Part shown: positions 9,107-18,156 of the stretch, one piece after another
How positions within the stretch are numbered: the first letter of the stretch is position 1
How the letters are laid out: every line of letters begins with the position of its first letter
DNA from: Bordetella parapertussis
GTDB taxonomy: Bacteria > Pseudomonadota > Gammaproteobacteria > Burkholderiales > SG8-41
DNA length: 64,000 nt
Assembly: GCA_945864585.1 (NCBI GenBank)
Contig: CAMBCF010000006.1
Location: forward strand, 3,325-67,324
Direction of reading: 5' to 3'
Program-made: the position numbers and the translations under genes
Notes under the pieces: model-generated
Seen by the model: only the letters and a program-made list of their open reading frames with translations
Told to the model about the DNA's origin: nothing
The model's database searches: none

Positions 9107-10291
9107 GTGAACCATCTTTTTCTCGCCCTTGGCGCGATGTTCTTTCAGCAGACCTTTGTCGCGCTCGGCAGATCGCTGCCTGCGGTAATCGCGCCGGCGA
9201 TCATTCTGGATCTGCGCCTGGCCCCGGCTTGGATCGGCGTCTTTTTCGCTCTGACGGCCCTCGCTGCTCTGGTCGCGCAACTCGGTTGCGGCAGCTTCAT
9301 CGTGCGCCATGGCGCTTTGCGCATGAGCCAGATTTCACTCGTCCTGCTGGCCGCCGGCACCGCATTGGCAACGCTGGGAACGCCGCTGATGCTGGTGCTG
9401 TGCGCAGTCATTACCGGCGGTGGCGGGGCGGTGTCGACGCCGGCCAGCTCGCATCTGCTCGCGCGCTGCGCACCGCCGCGTTATCTGCCTCTGGTGTTTT
9501 CGATCAAGCAGACGGCGGTGCCGGCCGGTCTGCTGCTGGCCGGGGTATTCGGGCCGCAACTGACGGAATGGATGGGCTGGCGCGCCACCATGCTGCTGTG
9601 CGCGGCAGCGTGCGCCGTGTTCGCCGTGATGCTGCAGCCGCTGTGCAAAATTTTCGATATCGACCGCGTGCCGACGCGCACTTTCCGCTTGTCGGATTTC
9701 CGCACCACAGTGACTTCGGTGCTCGCCACGCCCAGCCTTCGCGCCTTGTCCTTCGCCTGCCTTGCCTTCAACGGCCTGCAAGCTGCGGTCACCGCTTATT
9801 TCGTCGTTTACCTGACGACGATCGGCTACACGCCGGTGGCTGCAGGATTTCTTTTTTCGGTGGCGGTGGCGGTGGCGGTACCGGGCCGCATCCTGTGGGG
9901 CTGGCTCGGCAGCACCCATGTTACTCCGCGGCGGATGATGGCGGGGCTTGCCCTCGGCATGGCGGGAAGCGCGGCACTGCTCGCGCTGTGCGATGCCGGA
10001 TGGCCGACGCTGCTGGTCGGTCTCATCGCCTGTGTGTTGAGCGCCACCGCGCTGTCCTGGCACGGCATTCTTTTGGCCGAAGCCGCGCGCGCCGCGCCAG
10101 AGGGCATGCGTGGCAGTGTCACCGGTGGCGTACTTTCCTTCGGCCAGGTCGGCGCGTTGGGCTTGCCGTTAATGTATTCAGCGCTGCTTGACGTTAGCGG
10201 CAGCTACGGCATCGGCTTCATTATTTGCGGCGTGCCGGCGCTGCTGGTCGGCGTTCATCTGCTGCGTCGGGGCGGCGCTGCGAAATCCTGA
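9107..10291 (+). CDS. MFS transporter
   Basis: This is the hydrophobic, roughly 12-TM part of track ORF 8741-10291. GTG 9107 is the first start after the NUDIX stop, and ATG 9137 is an alternative. The start is uncertain. Confidence 0.8.
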   Translation: MNHLFLALGAMFFQQTFVALGRSLPAVIAPAIILDLRLAPAWIGVFFALTALAALVAQLGCGSFIVRHGALRMSQISLVLLAAGTALATLGTPLMLVLCAVITGGGGAVSTPASSHLLARCAPPRYLPLVFSIKQTAVPAGLLLAGVFGPQLTEWMGWRATMLLCAAACAVFAVMLQPLCKIFDIDRVPTRTFRLSDFRTTVTSVLATPSLRALSFACLAFNGLQAAVTAYFVVYLTTIGYTPVAAGFLFSVAVAVAVPGRILWGWLGSTHVTPRRMMAGLALGMAGSAALLALCDAGWPTLLVGLIACVLSATALSWHGILLAEAARAAPEGMRGSVTGGVLSFGQVGALGLPLMYSALLDVSGSYGIGFIICGVPALLVGVHLLRRGGAAKS

Positions 10292-10319
10292 TGGGCAGGT
10301 ATGAAAACGCTTTCGCGCC

Positions 10320-11294
10320 TCAATGCATATTCGGTTTTTTAAGAAAGTCATTGCGGTCAGCTGACTTGAGCGTGACGGAAAACTCCTCGCCGGCGCGTGC
10401 GAGGGTGAGCGGCACCTCGACCCCGGCTGCACCGAGCTGTCGCACGGCACGGAATAATTCCGCCAGCCCGTGCACACGCAGGGCGCCAACACCCAGCACC
10501 CTGTCGCCCACCTGGACACCGGCACGCTCGGCAGGACCGCCCGCCGACACTCTGCCGACCACCAGTTTGCCATCCGGGTCCTGGGTGTACATACCCAGCC
10601 ACGGATTGGGCGGATACGGGCTGCGGCCGGTTTGCAGCATCCCATCGAGGATGGGCTCAAGCAGGTCGATCGGCACGAACATATTGGCCTGGATAGCTTC
10701 GCTGTTTACCTCGTGCTGCACCAGCAGCGAACCGATGCCGATCAGCTCACCTTGCGCATTGAGCAGCGCGGAGCCGCCCCATTGCGGATGCGCCGGCGCG
10801 GCAAACAGTGCTTCGTCAAGCACGTATTCCCAGTAGCCGGCAAATTCGCGTTTGCCGATCAGCTGTGTCTTGAGCGCGTGGGCGCGACCGCCGTGGCCGA
10901 TCACCAATGTCGAGTCACCGATCTTGGCCTCGGCTGCGCGACCGCGCCGCAGCGGTGGGGCATCGAGTTTTCCCAGCGGTTGGATCAGCGCGAACCCGGT
11001 CGCCTGGTCAGTGGCAAGCGGGTAGCCGGCCACGACCGCGCCGCGATTGGTGGTAAGCCAGATTTGCGACGCCTCGGTAATCAGGTAGCCGATGGTGAGT
11101 ACCAGTCCGTTCTCGCCAATCACCACGCCATAACCACCACGCTCGGTGCCGAGCGTGGCTGCGGTGAATCCATCGCCCGGAACTTCCGAGCGCACCAATA
11201 TCATCGCATCGAGCGCGCGTGCGAGGTCAAACCCGGTTTCACCGGCGTCTGGTTGCAGCGCCTCCTGGAAGGCCCATTGCTGAGGTTCGAACAT
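10320..11294 (-). CDS. Trypsin-fold (S1C-like) domain plus PDZ domain protein, no signal peptide
   Basis: The 324-aa product has a chymotrypsin-fold region (GLVLTIGYLITEA ... WGGSALLNAQGELIGIG) followed by a PDZ-like region (GMYTQDPDGKLVVGRVSAGGPAERAGVQVGDRVLGV). Confidence 0.7.
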   Translation of the reverse strand: MFEPQQWAFQEALQPDAGETGFDLARALDAMILVRSEVPGDGFTAATLGTERGGYGVVIGENGLVLTIGYLITEASQIWLTTNRGAVVAGYPLATDQATGFALIQPLGKLDAPPLRRGRAAEAKIGDSTLVIGHGGRAHALKTQLIGKREFAGYWEYVLDEALFAAPAHPQWGGSALLNAQGELIGIGSLLVQHEVNSEAIQANMFVPIDLLEPILDGMLQTGRSPYPPNPWLGMYTQDPDGKLVVGRVSAGGPAERAGVQVGDRVLGVGALRVHGLAELFRAVRQLGAAGVEVPLTLARAGEEFSVTLKSADRNDFLKKPNMH

Positions 11295-11618
11295 GGGGTG
11301 ATTTTGCCACGAAGCGGCCGTGGAAGCACAGCCCGATGGAGAATTTTGTCCAAATAGACGACACCTGCGTGGCGTGCAGTCCGGGCTCTCAATCTTTCTG
11401 GTAATTGATGTTCACGCCGCTGGCAATTTCCGCAGAACTCTTGACAGCGCTATGATTAGAGCAGGGACCGACAGGTGGCGTAAGCTGTCAAAGGGGTGCT
11501 TAACTGAGCGCAGCAGGCCACAGGGGTGCGCAAACCGTGAAAAAACGCGCTACGAACATACACCCGGAGCAGTTTCCTTATCCATAGCATCACCTCGCAC
11601 AAACTGAAGGATGCAACC

Positions 11619-12602
11619 ATGGCAATACGCTGTGCAAAGATTTTCGGGACGGCATTCTTCTGCTCTGCCGCGATGCTCGGATGGCGCATGGATACGTGGG
11701 CGCAAAGCGACTATCCGAATCGCCCCGTGCGCCTGGTGGTCGGCTTTTCCCCCGGCAGTTCGACGGATACATCGGCGCGCATTCTGGCGCCCAAACTTGC
11801 GGAACTGTTGGGACAACCCGTGGTGATTGAAAATCGCTCGGGCGCCGGCGGTTCTATCGCCTCGGTGCTGGTGGCGCAGGCCACGCCTGACGGCTACACC
11901 ACCCTTTTGGTTTCCGCGTCATTCGCGATAAATGCGGTGCTGCGATCCAATGCGGGCTACGACCCGCTGCGCGATTTCATCAGCGTGACGCAGATTGGTT
12001 TTCCCACCAGCGTGATCGCGGTGGCGCCGTCGCTGGGCGTCAAGTCGATCAAGGAACTGATGGCGCTCGCGCATGAACGGGCGGGCAAGTTGCTGTATGG
12101 AACCCCGGGGGCCGGCAGCGGCGGGCACATGACTATCGAACGTTTCCGTCTCACTGCGGGCATCAAAGGCACGCATGTGGCGTTCAAGGGGCAACCGGAA
12201 ATATTGATTGAAATTCTTGCCGGTCGTGTTCACTTCGCGGTGATCAGCCTGGGGCCGGGGCTCGGACTGATCAAGGACGGGCGGATTCTGGCGTTGGCGA
12301 TGGTAACCCCCAAACGCTCACCCGTGTTGCCGGACGTGCCTGCGTTGGTGGAGATTCTGCCGAACTTCCGCCGTGATGCGGCGCATATGATGCTGGTGCC
12401 GGCGAAAACGCCGCGTCATATCGTCAACAAGCTCAGCAGGGATATGGCGCGCGTGCTCGACATGCCGGAGGTCAAAAAGCAGATGGAGGCGATCGACTTT
12501 GTACTCGCGCCGACTACACCGGAGGAGACGGACAAGATACTGCGCGCGCAACTGGTGACCTTTGAGGAAGTGGCGCGGGCGGCGGGTTTGAAGGCGCCGT
12601 AA
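11619..12602 (+). CDS. Bug/TctC-family periplasmic solute-binding protein
   Basis: A signal peptide is followed by DYPNRPVRLVVGFSPGSSTD. It is a full-length family member. Confidence 0.9.
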   Translation: MAIRCAKIFGTAFFCSAAMLGWRMDTWAQSDYPNRPVRLVVGFSPGSSTDTSARILAPKLAELLGQPVVIENRSGAGGSIASVLVAQATPDGYTTLLVSASFAINAVLRSNAGYDPLRDFISVTQIGFPTSVIAVAPSLGVKSIKELMALAHERAGKLLYGTPGAGSGGHMTIERFRLTAGIKGTHVAFKGQPEILIEILAGRVHFAVISLGPGLGLIKDGRILALAMVTPKRSPVLPDVPALVEILPNFRRDAAHMMLVPAKTPRHIVNKLSRDMARVLDMPEVKKQMEAIDFVLAPTTPEETDKILRAQLVTFEEVARAAGLKAP

Positions 12603-12635
12603 AGGCTCTTGCATTTTTTTTGCATCGTAGCAGCC

Positions 12636-12824
12636 TCATAGGGAAATTTCGCCGTGTCGTGCCTGCCACGCTTCAAGTTCGGCTTCATAACTTGCAACCC
12701 GTTCCCAATACACATCGTAAACGCAGGGGATGCAGCCGCTGCCGCAACACTCGATTGCGTCCGGCTCGCGCGGCGGCACAGGTTCGGGATCCAGCAACGC
12801 CGCGGAAATTATTTCATCGTTCAT
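12636..12824 (-). CDS. Small oxidoreductase-like-domain protein (CCGSGC..CV motif)
   Basis: The sequence PPREPDAIECCGSGCIPCVYDVYWE is the signature of the small oxidoreductase-like N-terminal domain family. ATG 12824 has a GGAG 9 nt upstream, and starts at 12839 or 12854 are also possible. Confidence 0.55.
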   Translation of the reverse strand: MNDEIISAALLDPEPVPPREPDAIECCGSGCIPCVYDVYWERVASYEAELEAWQARHGEISL

Positions 12825-13223
12825 ATCAACGTGCTCCATCGGGATGATCACCAAAGCGTCGGCGGAGTTTGCTGGGCACTACATCCGCATCGGCACTGCG
12901 CCAGGCGCAACACCCATTTTACCGGCGGCTGATCGTCTAGGCCACCCAAATTGAGGCCAGGATGTTCACTATGTGACGCATGGGCGAAGGAACTGGTTTG
13001 CCTGCAGCTAAGTGCGCTATATAATAAGTTTCGTCGCCCTGAGCTGTCCCATTTTTCGTCAGCACCAGCCGGGGCCTGTTTCGCGCACGCCCATCTCCGC
13101 ATCGGCTTCATGGAGGTGTAGCATCACCTGCTGACACGAGCGTTTCCGCCAGCTCACCTGTTTGCACTTGCAACATCAACGGCGGCCGATACCTTTCCAC
13201 ACGAGGTAGAAGGAGAAGAGGCC

Positions 13224-14393
13224 ATGAAAATACAATACGGACTGATCAGTTGTGACTCCCACGCTCAACTGAACAAAGATAATTGGACTAGCCGCATGTC
13301 GAAGGCGAAGTGGGGCGACGCCATTCCCCAGATTCGGGAAACCACCGACAAGGCGCACATGATACGAGCCTCCGACAAGCCGGTGGAGCGCTGGTTCGTG
13401 AATGGCAAGGTAGTGGGCGAACGCGGCACGGTGAACTGTCCCACCGCCATGAACGACCCCATGCGCAGGACCTTTCCGCAACGTTGGGATGAGGTGCCGG
13501 CATGTGTCTACGACCCGGTCGAACGCCTCAAAGCCCTCGACCGCGACAACGTCGACGGCGAGGTGCTGTTCCCCAACGATCCGATACAGAGCGCGACCAT
13601 GCTTCAGGGCGACGCCGAGTTCGAGCTGGCCTGCGTGCAGGCCTACAACGATGGACTGGCGGAATGGGCGGAAGTGAGCGACCGTTACGTGCCACTCGCG
13701 CTTATCCCGTACTTGAGCGGCGTTGAGGCGGCCGCGGCGGAAGTGCGGCGCGCGGTCAAAAAGGGCCATCGCGGCATCGTGATGCTGGCGGAGCCGAGCA
13801 GAACGCGCGACGGCTTCAAGCATTTCAACGATACCTGGTGGGATCCTTTATGGGCGACCTGCCAGGACCTTGCTGCGCCGGTGCATTGGCATTCGGGCGC
13901 CGGCCTGCGCTTGGCGATGCCGCGCTGGAGAGGCTACACGCCGAATCAGGGACAGGCCTATGGACCGTCAGGCGGATTCTCCACCCAGGCGCAGTTCATA
14001 CCCAATCTGCTGTTCTCGGGCGTGCTGGATCGTTTCCCGACCCTGAAGTGGGTGTGCGCCGAGACCGGCGTTGGCTGGGTGAACTACGTGCTCGAAACCT
14101 GCGACCACGAATGGGAACGCCGCCACCTGTGGACGCAGGGCATCGTCACGCGTCCCAGCGAAATGTTCAAGCGCCAGATTTACGTCGATTTCTGGTACGA
14201 GCGCGCCGGCATCGAGTTGCGGCACCTGGTCGGTATCGACAACATCATGTGGGAATCGGATTTTCCGCATTCCACCTCCACCTTCCCCGAGTCGCAGCAG
14301 TTTGTCGAGCGTACGTTGAAGGGCGTGCCGAAGGCGGAACGCGACCAGATGTTGTACGGCAACGCGATGCGCATCTACAACCTTTCCTCTTAG
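13224..14393 (+). CDS. Amidohydrolase-2 family protein (ACMSD/LigW-like metal-dependent hydrolase or decarboxylase)
   Basis: The product starts MKIQYGLISCDSHAQ, containing the DxH metal motif. It is 389 aa and a paralog of the next gene. Confidence 0.85.
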   Translation: MKIQYGLISCDSHAQLNKDNWTSRMSKAKWGDAIPQIRETTDKAHMIRASDKPVERWFVNGKVVGERGTVNCPTAMNDPMRRTFPQRWDEVPACVYDPVERLKALDRDNVDGEVLFPNDPIQSATMLQGDAEFELACVQAYNDGLAEWAEVSDRYVPLALIPYLSGVEAAAAEVRRAVKKGHRGIVMLAEPSRTRDGFKHFNDTWWDPLWATCQDLAAPVHWHSGAGLRLAMPRWRGYTPNQGQAYGPSGGFSTQAQFIPNLLFSGVLDRFPTLKWVCAETGVGWVNYVLETCDHEWERRHLWTQGIVTRPSEMFKRQIYVDFWYERAGIELRHLVGIDNIMWESDFPHSTSTFPESQQFVERTLKGVPKAERDQMLYGNAMRIYNLSS

Positions 14394-14416
14394 TTTCTTT
14401 TTAGGCAGCGACTCAT

Positions 14417-15550
14417 ATGGAACTGAAATACGGATTCATCAGCGCCGACGATCACGTGCAGGAGCACCCCGAGGCCTGGATCAAGCGTATGTCGAAGGCC
14501 AAGTGGGGGGAGCGCATTCCGCACGTCGAGCGTCAGCCTGATGGCACCGAATGCTGGATGATTGACGGTAAGAAAGCCGATTTGCGCGGTGTGGCGCTGG
14601 CTGGCGCCGCCATGCCTGACCGTGCGCGCGAGCCCCAGCGCTGGGAGGAAGTGCCCAAGGCCGCCTACGTGCCGGGCGAACGACTCAATGCGATGGACGT
14701 CGATGGCGTGGATTATTCCGTGCTCTATCCCACCGTTGCGGGGCGGGCGGGCGAAACCTTCGGCAGCCTCACCGACCCGGAGTTGGAACTCGCGTGCGTA
14801 GAGGCATACAACGACTGGTTGATCGAGGAATGGGCCGCAGCCAGCCCGCGCTTCATCCCCCAGTGCATCGTGCCCTTGTCGCCGATAGAAGCCACGGTGA
14901 AAGAGATCAGGCGCGCGGTGGCCAAGGGCCATCGCGGCGTGGTGCTGCCGCCGCTGCCGATGATGCTGCGTAAAGTGCCGCACATCAATGAAGCCGTTTA
15001 CGATCCGGTGTGGGCAGTGTGTCAGGAACTCGATGTGCCGGTGTGCTTTCACTCGGGCTCGACACGCGAGATCCAGTTCCCGCCGTATGAAGGGTTCACC
15101 ACGGAAGTGGCTGCCGCGCTGGAGGCGATCACGCGCCCGGTGAGTTCGGTGCTGATCGTGGCGAACTTTCTGTATTCACAAATCCTGCATCGTTTTCCCA
15201 AGCTTAAAATCGTGTTCGCTGAAACCACCCTCGCCTGGGGCGCCTATGAGCTGGAACTCGCCGACCATCAGTTCGAGCGCCAGCGCATCAACACCGAAGG
15301 TTACGACCTGACGCCGTCCCAGCTATTCAAGCGCAATTGTCATCTGGTCGGGTGGTTTGATTCGACGGGCATGAAGACGCGTCATCACCTCGGCCTCAAC
15401 AGCATTCTTTGGAGCACAAACTTTCCGCTGGGCACCTCCACCTGGCCGGAAAGCCGCAAGGCGATAGCGCGTTGTTTTGACGGTGTCCCCGAGAATGAAC
15501 GCCGCCAGGTGCTGGTGGACAATACCGCCAAACTCTACATGCTTGCTTGA
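14417..15550 (+). CDS. Amidohydrolase-2 family protein (paralog)
   Basis: The product starts MELKYGFISADDHVQEHPEAWIKRMSKAKWGERIP, which parallels the 13224 product. Confidence 0.85.
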   Translation: MELKYGFISADDHVQEHPEAWIKRMSKAKWGERIPHVERQPDGTECWMIDGKKADLRGVALAGAAMPDRAREPQRWEEVPKAAYVPGERLNAMDVDGVDYSVLYPTVAGRAGETFGSLTDPELELACVEAYNDWLIEEWAAASPRFIPQCIVPLSPIEATVKEIRRAVAKGHRGVVLPPLPMMLRKVPHINEAVYDPVWAVCQELDVPVCFHSGSTREIQFPPYEGFTTEVAAALEAITRPVSSVLIVANFLYSQILHRFPKLKIVFAETTLAWGAYELELADHQFERQRINTEGYDLTPSQLFKRNCHLVGWFDSTGMKTRHHLGLNSILWSTNFPLGTSTWPESRKAIARCFDGVPENERRQVLVDNTAKLYMLA

Positions 15551-15567
15551 TAGTTTTGCGCTTTGCA

Positions 15568-15592
15568 ATCCACACCGGCTCCCGGTGTGGAT
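15568..15592 (+). other. Perfect 11-bp intercistronic stem-loop
   Basis: ATCCACACCGG ctc CCGGTGTGGAT lies between the amidohydrolase stop (15550) and the CoA-transferase start (15637). No T-run follows it. Confidence 0.5.
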
Positions 15593-15636
15593 GCGGCGCT
15601 TCGCCGGCGCAGCTTGATTGATCTTCCCGTCGTTAC

Positions 15637-16911
15637 ATGGAAACGAACGCGATGTCCGCACCGATGCTGCTGCAGGGGGTTAAGGTATTGACGCTGGAGC
15701 AGGTGCATGCCTTGCCGTGGGGCACCGCGTTCCTGGCGGACATGGGCGCCCAGGTCATCCGCATCGAAAGTGTGGGGCACATGCAGGATCGCAAGGCCGG
15801 GCCTTTCCCCAGCGGCAAGCCCGGGCCGGAATGGTGGAATGAGGGCGGCAACCTGGCGTATTTCGGCACGCGTAACAAGCAAAGTCTGTGTCTGGATGTG
15901 ACCCATCCCGCGGGGAAAGAAATCTTCCTCAAACTGGTCAAGCAGTGCGATATTGTGACCGACAACTTCAGGCCTGGCACGATGCGCCGATTCGGCTTCG
16001 ACCACGAAAGTCTGGCCCGGGTCAACCCCCGCATCATCACCCTCAGCAGCACTGCCTTCGGCCACAGCGGGCCCTGGAGCAAAGCGGGATCGCGCGCGCG
16101 CACCGTGGATGCGGTATGCGGCATGTCAGCCCTCACCGGCTATGAGGGCGGCCCGTCCCTGCGCGCCAGCAATAATTATATGGATCACTCCACCGGCAAC
16201 AATGTGGCCTATGCCCTGTTGCTGGCTCTGTATCGCCGCAACCGAACCGGCAAAGGAGTGCGCATCGATCTCAGCATGCAGGAGACCGGCGTTTCCTGCA
16301 TAGCGCCCGCCATCTTGGAGACACAGCGCGGCATTACGCGCCCGCGCCTGGGCTGCGGCCATCTGTGGAAGTCTCCGCATAACGTCTATCCCTGCGCGGG
16401 CAGCGACCGCTGGATCGCCATCGCGGTATCCCACGACGCCGAATGGGCGGCCTTGAGGCAGATCATGGGCGATCCTGTGTGGGCGCAAGACTCACGCTTC
16501 GATGTGGCGCAAGGCCGCTGGCAGCATCGTCATGAGTTGGACCAGCATATGGCGGCGTGGACCACAACGCAGGACGACAAGGCGGTAATGGTATTGCTGC
16601 AAGGCAAGGGCATTTGCGCCGGCGCTGTTCTGACCGCGGAGGATTTGGTCAACGATCCGCATCTTAAGCAGCGCGGATTTATGCAGCAATACGAGCGTGA
16701 GGGATCGCCAACGGTAGGCACCCGCACCTATGCCGGACGCCCCTTCCGCGTAGCGGGGGTGCCGATGGCGATCCGGCATACGGCAAGAATGGGAGAGCAC
16801 AACGACCTGGTCCTGCGGGAAGTGGCTGGGCTGTCAGAAAGTGAGATCGCGGCGCTGGCGGAGAAAAGCGTCATCTTTAGCAGGCCGCGGGCTGAAGAGA
16901 AAGCGCCGTAG
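15637..16911 (+). CDS. Family III CoA-transferase (CaiB/BaiF-like)
   Basis: The LQGVKVLTLEQVHALPWGTAFLADMGAQVIRIE N-terminal signature is present. The start is either ATG 15637 or 15652. Confidence 0.9.
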   Translation: METNAMSAPMLLQGVKVLTLEQVHALPWGTAFLADMGAQVIRIESVGHMQDRKAGPFPSGKPGPEWWNEGGNLAYFGTRNKQSLCLDVTHPAGKEIFLKLVKQCDIVTDNFRPGTMRRFGFDHESLARVNPRIITLSSTAFGHSGPWSKAGSRARTVDAVCGMSALTGYEGGPSLRASNNYMDHSTGNNVAYALLLALYRRNRTGKGVRIDLSMQETGVSCIAPAILETQRGITRPRLGCGHLWKSPHNVYPCAGSDRWIAIAVSHDAEWAALRQIMGDPVWAQDSRFDVAQGRWQHRHELDQHMAAWTTTQDDKAVMVLLQGKGICAGAVLTAEDLVNDPHLKQRGFMQQYEREGSPTVGTRTYAGRPFRVAGVPMAIRHTARMGEHNDLVLREVAGLSESEIAALAEKSVIFSRPRAEEKAP

Positions 16912-16913
16912 CA

Positions 16914-18122
16914 ATGGACGGAATACTTTCCGAAATAAAAGTACTGGAGTTGGCGCACGCCCCCTCTGGGGCGTTTTGCGCCAAACTGCTGGCCGACCAG
17001 GGCGCTGACGCGATCAAGGTGGAGCCGCCTGGCAAGGGGGACCCGGCCCGCGATGAACCGCCGTTTATCGGCGGCGAACCGCACCCTGACACTAGTACCG
17101 TCTTCCTCGCACTGAACACCAACAAGTTGGGCATTACGCTGGACGTGGAACAGGCGGCAGGCCGCGACTTGTTCCTGCAACTGGCGTCTGCTGCTGACGT
17201 GATTATCGAAAGTTACCCGCCGGGGCATCTGCTGCGCCTGGGACTGGGCTACGAAGTCCTCAAAGCCAAAAACCCAAAGACGATCCTGCTCTCGATCTCG
17301 TACTTCGGGCAGCATGGCCCGTACGCCGATTACAAGGGAGACGATCTCATCGCCCAAGCGATGGGAGGCTACCTCTACGCAGTCACCGGGTCCGCAGACC
17401 GGCCGCCGATGGGTACGGCGCTCGATCAGATGGAGCTTACCGCCGGCCGCAATGGTGTCATTGCCATCATGGCTGCGCTACTGCGGCGGGATCAGACCGG
17501 AGAGGGCAACCATATAGACCTGTCGGTGATGGAAGCGGCAATCAGCACGCCGTCGGGGCTCATACATCCCTATAGTTTCACCGGACGCAACCCGCGCCGG
17601 GGCAGCGGCGACCGCAATGTCATGGACGGGATGCATTTGCCCACTCGCGATGGCGAAGTAACGCTGACCACCGCCGGCACCGGCGGCCGGCCGATGGAGG
17701 TGTGGTCGGAATTCCTCGGAGAACCGCGGCTGCTCGACCCCAAGTTTGCTACCCGACTATCGCGGCAGGAAAATTCGCAAGAGCTGCGCGATTTGGTTGC
17801 CCCCAAGCTTGCGCAGTGGAACAACCTCGACCTGATGCGCGAGACCATGGCCCGCGGCCTGGTCATCGGTTTGGTGCAAAGCCCGCAGCAGGTATTGAAT
17901 TCACCCCATTTGGCAGAACGGGGCTTCTTCGTCGAGCTTGAGCACGCGCAAGCAGGTGCGCTGAAATATCCGGGACCGGGGTTCTTCTTCGATGGCGCCA
18001 ACCCGATGCAGTCGATTCGTGCAGCGCCCCGGTTGGGGGAGCATAACGTGCAGGTCTATTGCGAGCGACTGGGCCTGTCGAACGAGGCGCTGGAGCGGCT
18101 GCGAACGGCGCGGGTGGTTTAG
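16914..18122 (+). CDS. Family III CoA-transferase (CaiB/BaiF-like), second paralog
   Basis: The signature is LSEIKVLELAHAPSGAFCAKLLADQGADAIKVEPP. It begins 2 nt after the upstream stop. Confidence 0.9.
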   Translation: MDGILSEIKVLELAHAPSGAFCAKLLADQGADAIKVEPPGKGDPARDEPPFIGGEPHPDTSTVFLALNTNKLGITLDVEQAAGRDLFLQLASAADVIIESYPPGHLLRLGLGYEVLKAKNPKTILLSISYFGQHGPYADYKGDDLIAQAMGGYLYAVTGSADRPPMGTALDQMELTAGRNGVIAIMAALLRRDQTGEGNHIDLSVMEAAISTPSGLIHPYSFTGRNPRRGSGDRNVMDGMHLPTRDGEVTLTTAGTGGRPMEVWSEFLGEPRLLDPKFATRLSRQENSQELRDLVAPKLAQWNNLDLMRETMARGLVIGLVQSPQQVLNSPHLAERGFFVELEHAQAGALKYPGPGFFFDGANPMQSIRAAPRLGEHNVQVYCERLGLSNEALERLRTARVV

Positions 18123-18156
18123 CCGGCGCGCCGGTTTCCGCATGCTGGGTGGCGGT

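Noticed and set aside
8178-10191. ORFs 8178-9062(-), 9229-10191(+) and 9335-10063(-)
   Set aside because: They overlap the NUDIX and MFS genes in other frames or strands. Their arginine-rich translations are typical of off-frame GC-rich DNA.
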